Source: Haliotis cracherodii (taxonomy: Eukaryota). From it: a stretch of 64,000 nt of DNA. The stretch lies in the NCBI RefSeq assembly GCF_022045235.1, contig NW_027266330.1:31620001-31684000 (forward strand). The letters are read 5' to 3'. The notes beneath the pieces are model-generated. The model saw nothing but the letters and a program-made list of their open reading frames with translations, was not told where the DNA came from and did not search any database. The first letter of the stretch is position 1; each line of letters begins with the position of its first letter. The translations under genes and the position numbers were made by a program. Shown in pieces: positions 63,177-64,000 of this stretch.

Positions 63177-64000
63177 GAGAAATCACAAGTCCCATCCACA
63201 TCAACTAGTGCTGCATTTACCTTGTTATTCATTTTTTGTTATTGTACACAAATGTTGCCTGACAGTGTGCAAAGGGCATCCTATTATATTGTAAACCACA
63301 TTTGTTTGTTGATGAATATGCTGAGGAAATAAATAATGAAGTCGATATTATAATCTTGATCATTCACTGACACGCTCACGACATCTTGAAGACATCATTC
63401 GTATAGAGAGAGAGAAAAGGTTAATTTGAGATGGTATCTCACAATACCAAACCTTCGATCATTTTACTTGGTTCTGAGTAAGGCAATCATTCGCAGATAT
63501 CGTCCTTAATCTATTCTTTGAAATAGGAAAAAGATACAGACTAATCAATTGAAATGAAACACATTTGGACATTAGGTATTGATGGAGAAGAAGTGATTCC
63601 AATGTAATGGTTGCACAATAACATTAAATACAGTTTGGAGCGTTGCAATTCGTTTGCCCGTATCCATGCCGATCCTATAGCAAAAGGATTTAGACAGACG
63701 AACCACAACCCCATATGATATTGATCTTAGAGACATATATGTCAGGTTGTATTTCATATTATCAGAGCATTTAATTGTTTCTCTTTCCTTTTGCAATGTA
63801 CATACCCAAGTGCTTAAGGAGATAGTCATGCATGTTAAAAATTGTCAATGCACACAGCATGCAAGACAAAAGGAAATTGAAACATTGACATCAACACAGG
63901 CCAAATAACATTTCTGATCCAAGTCAGCACTTGATGAATACTATTCCCCTGAAAGCACGAAAAAGTAAAGATCAGAATATCCTGACATGAAACAGTGGGC

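Larger units (their letters stand above)
1..64000 (+). repeat. Head-to-tail tandem gene array (macrosatellite), unit ~2525-2539 bp, 20 gene copies in window, interrupted by three LINEs
   Basis: Near-identical ATG contexts recur at 6469, 9008, 11547, 14084, 16621, 19158, 21695, 24231, 32565, 35101, 37637, 40173, 42709, 45245, 47781, 50320, 52857, 60030 and 62555. Spacing is 2525-2539 bp. Subtracting element plus TSD at the three insertions restores periods of 2539, 2536 and 2534. Confidence 0.99.

Noticed and set aside
1-64000. CRISPR array, retron/DGR or other prokaryotic RT system
   Set aside because: Spliceosomal introns, Pol II promoter elements and LINE architecture with TSDs indicate eukaryotic DNA. 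The repeats are 2.5-kb units without unique spacers.

Overview
Eukaryotic (metazoan, probably invertebrate) DNA made almost entirely of a head-to-tail ~2.54-kb macrosatellite. Each unit carries one compact two-exon Pol II gene: an 82-nt coding exon, a 145-nt GT-AG intron and a 395-nt coding exon. It encodes a 158-aa protein I cannot name, with a helical N-half and a very acidic, aromatic-studded C-half. There are 19 complete copies plus one partial copy. The promoter has TATA/Inr, two inverted CCAAT boxes, three perfect TCF/LEF-type CTTTGATC sites and a homeodomain/Sox-like site cluster. Three I-group (I/Nimb-like) non-LTR retrotransposons (gag-like ORF1; APE-RT-RNaseH-CCHC ORF2) interrupt the array, and all three sit in the promoter. 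Two near-identical subfamily-A copies (1968-6336 and 26642-32432) appear to be independent sense insertions at the same nucleotide (+/-1) between the TATA box and the initiator of different units, so the host promoter now sits directly in front of the element. A diverged subfamily-B copy (55050-59678) is antisense about 220 bp upstream of the TSS. The candidate new system is a promoter/TSS-targeting I-group LINE that uses a putatively Wnt/TCF-driven multicopy gene array as both safe haven and promoter source. Subfamily-A ORF2 has no AUG at its start.
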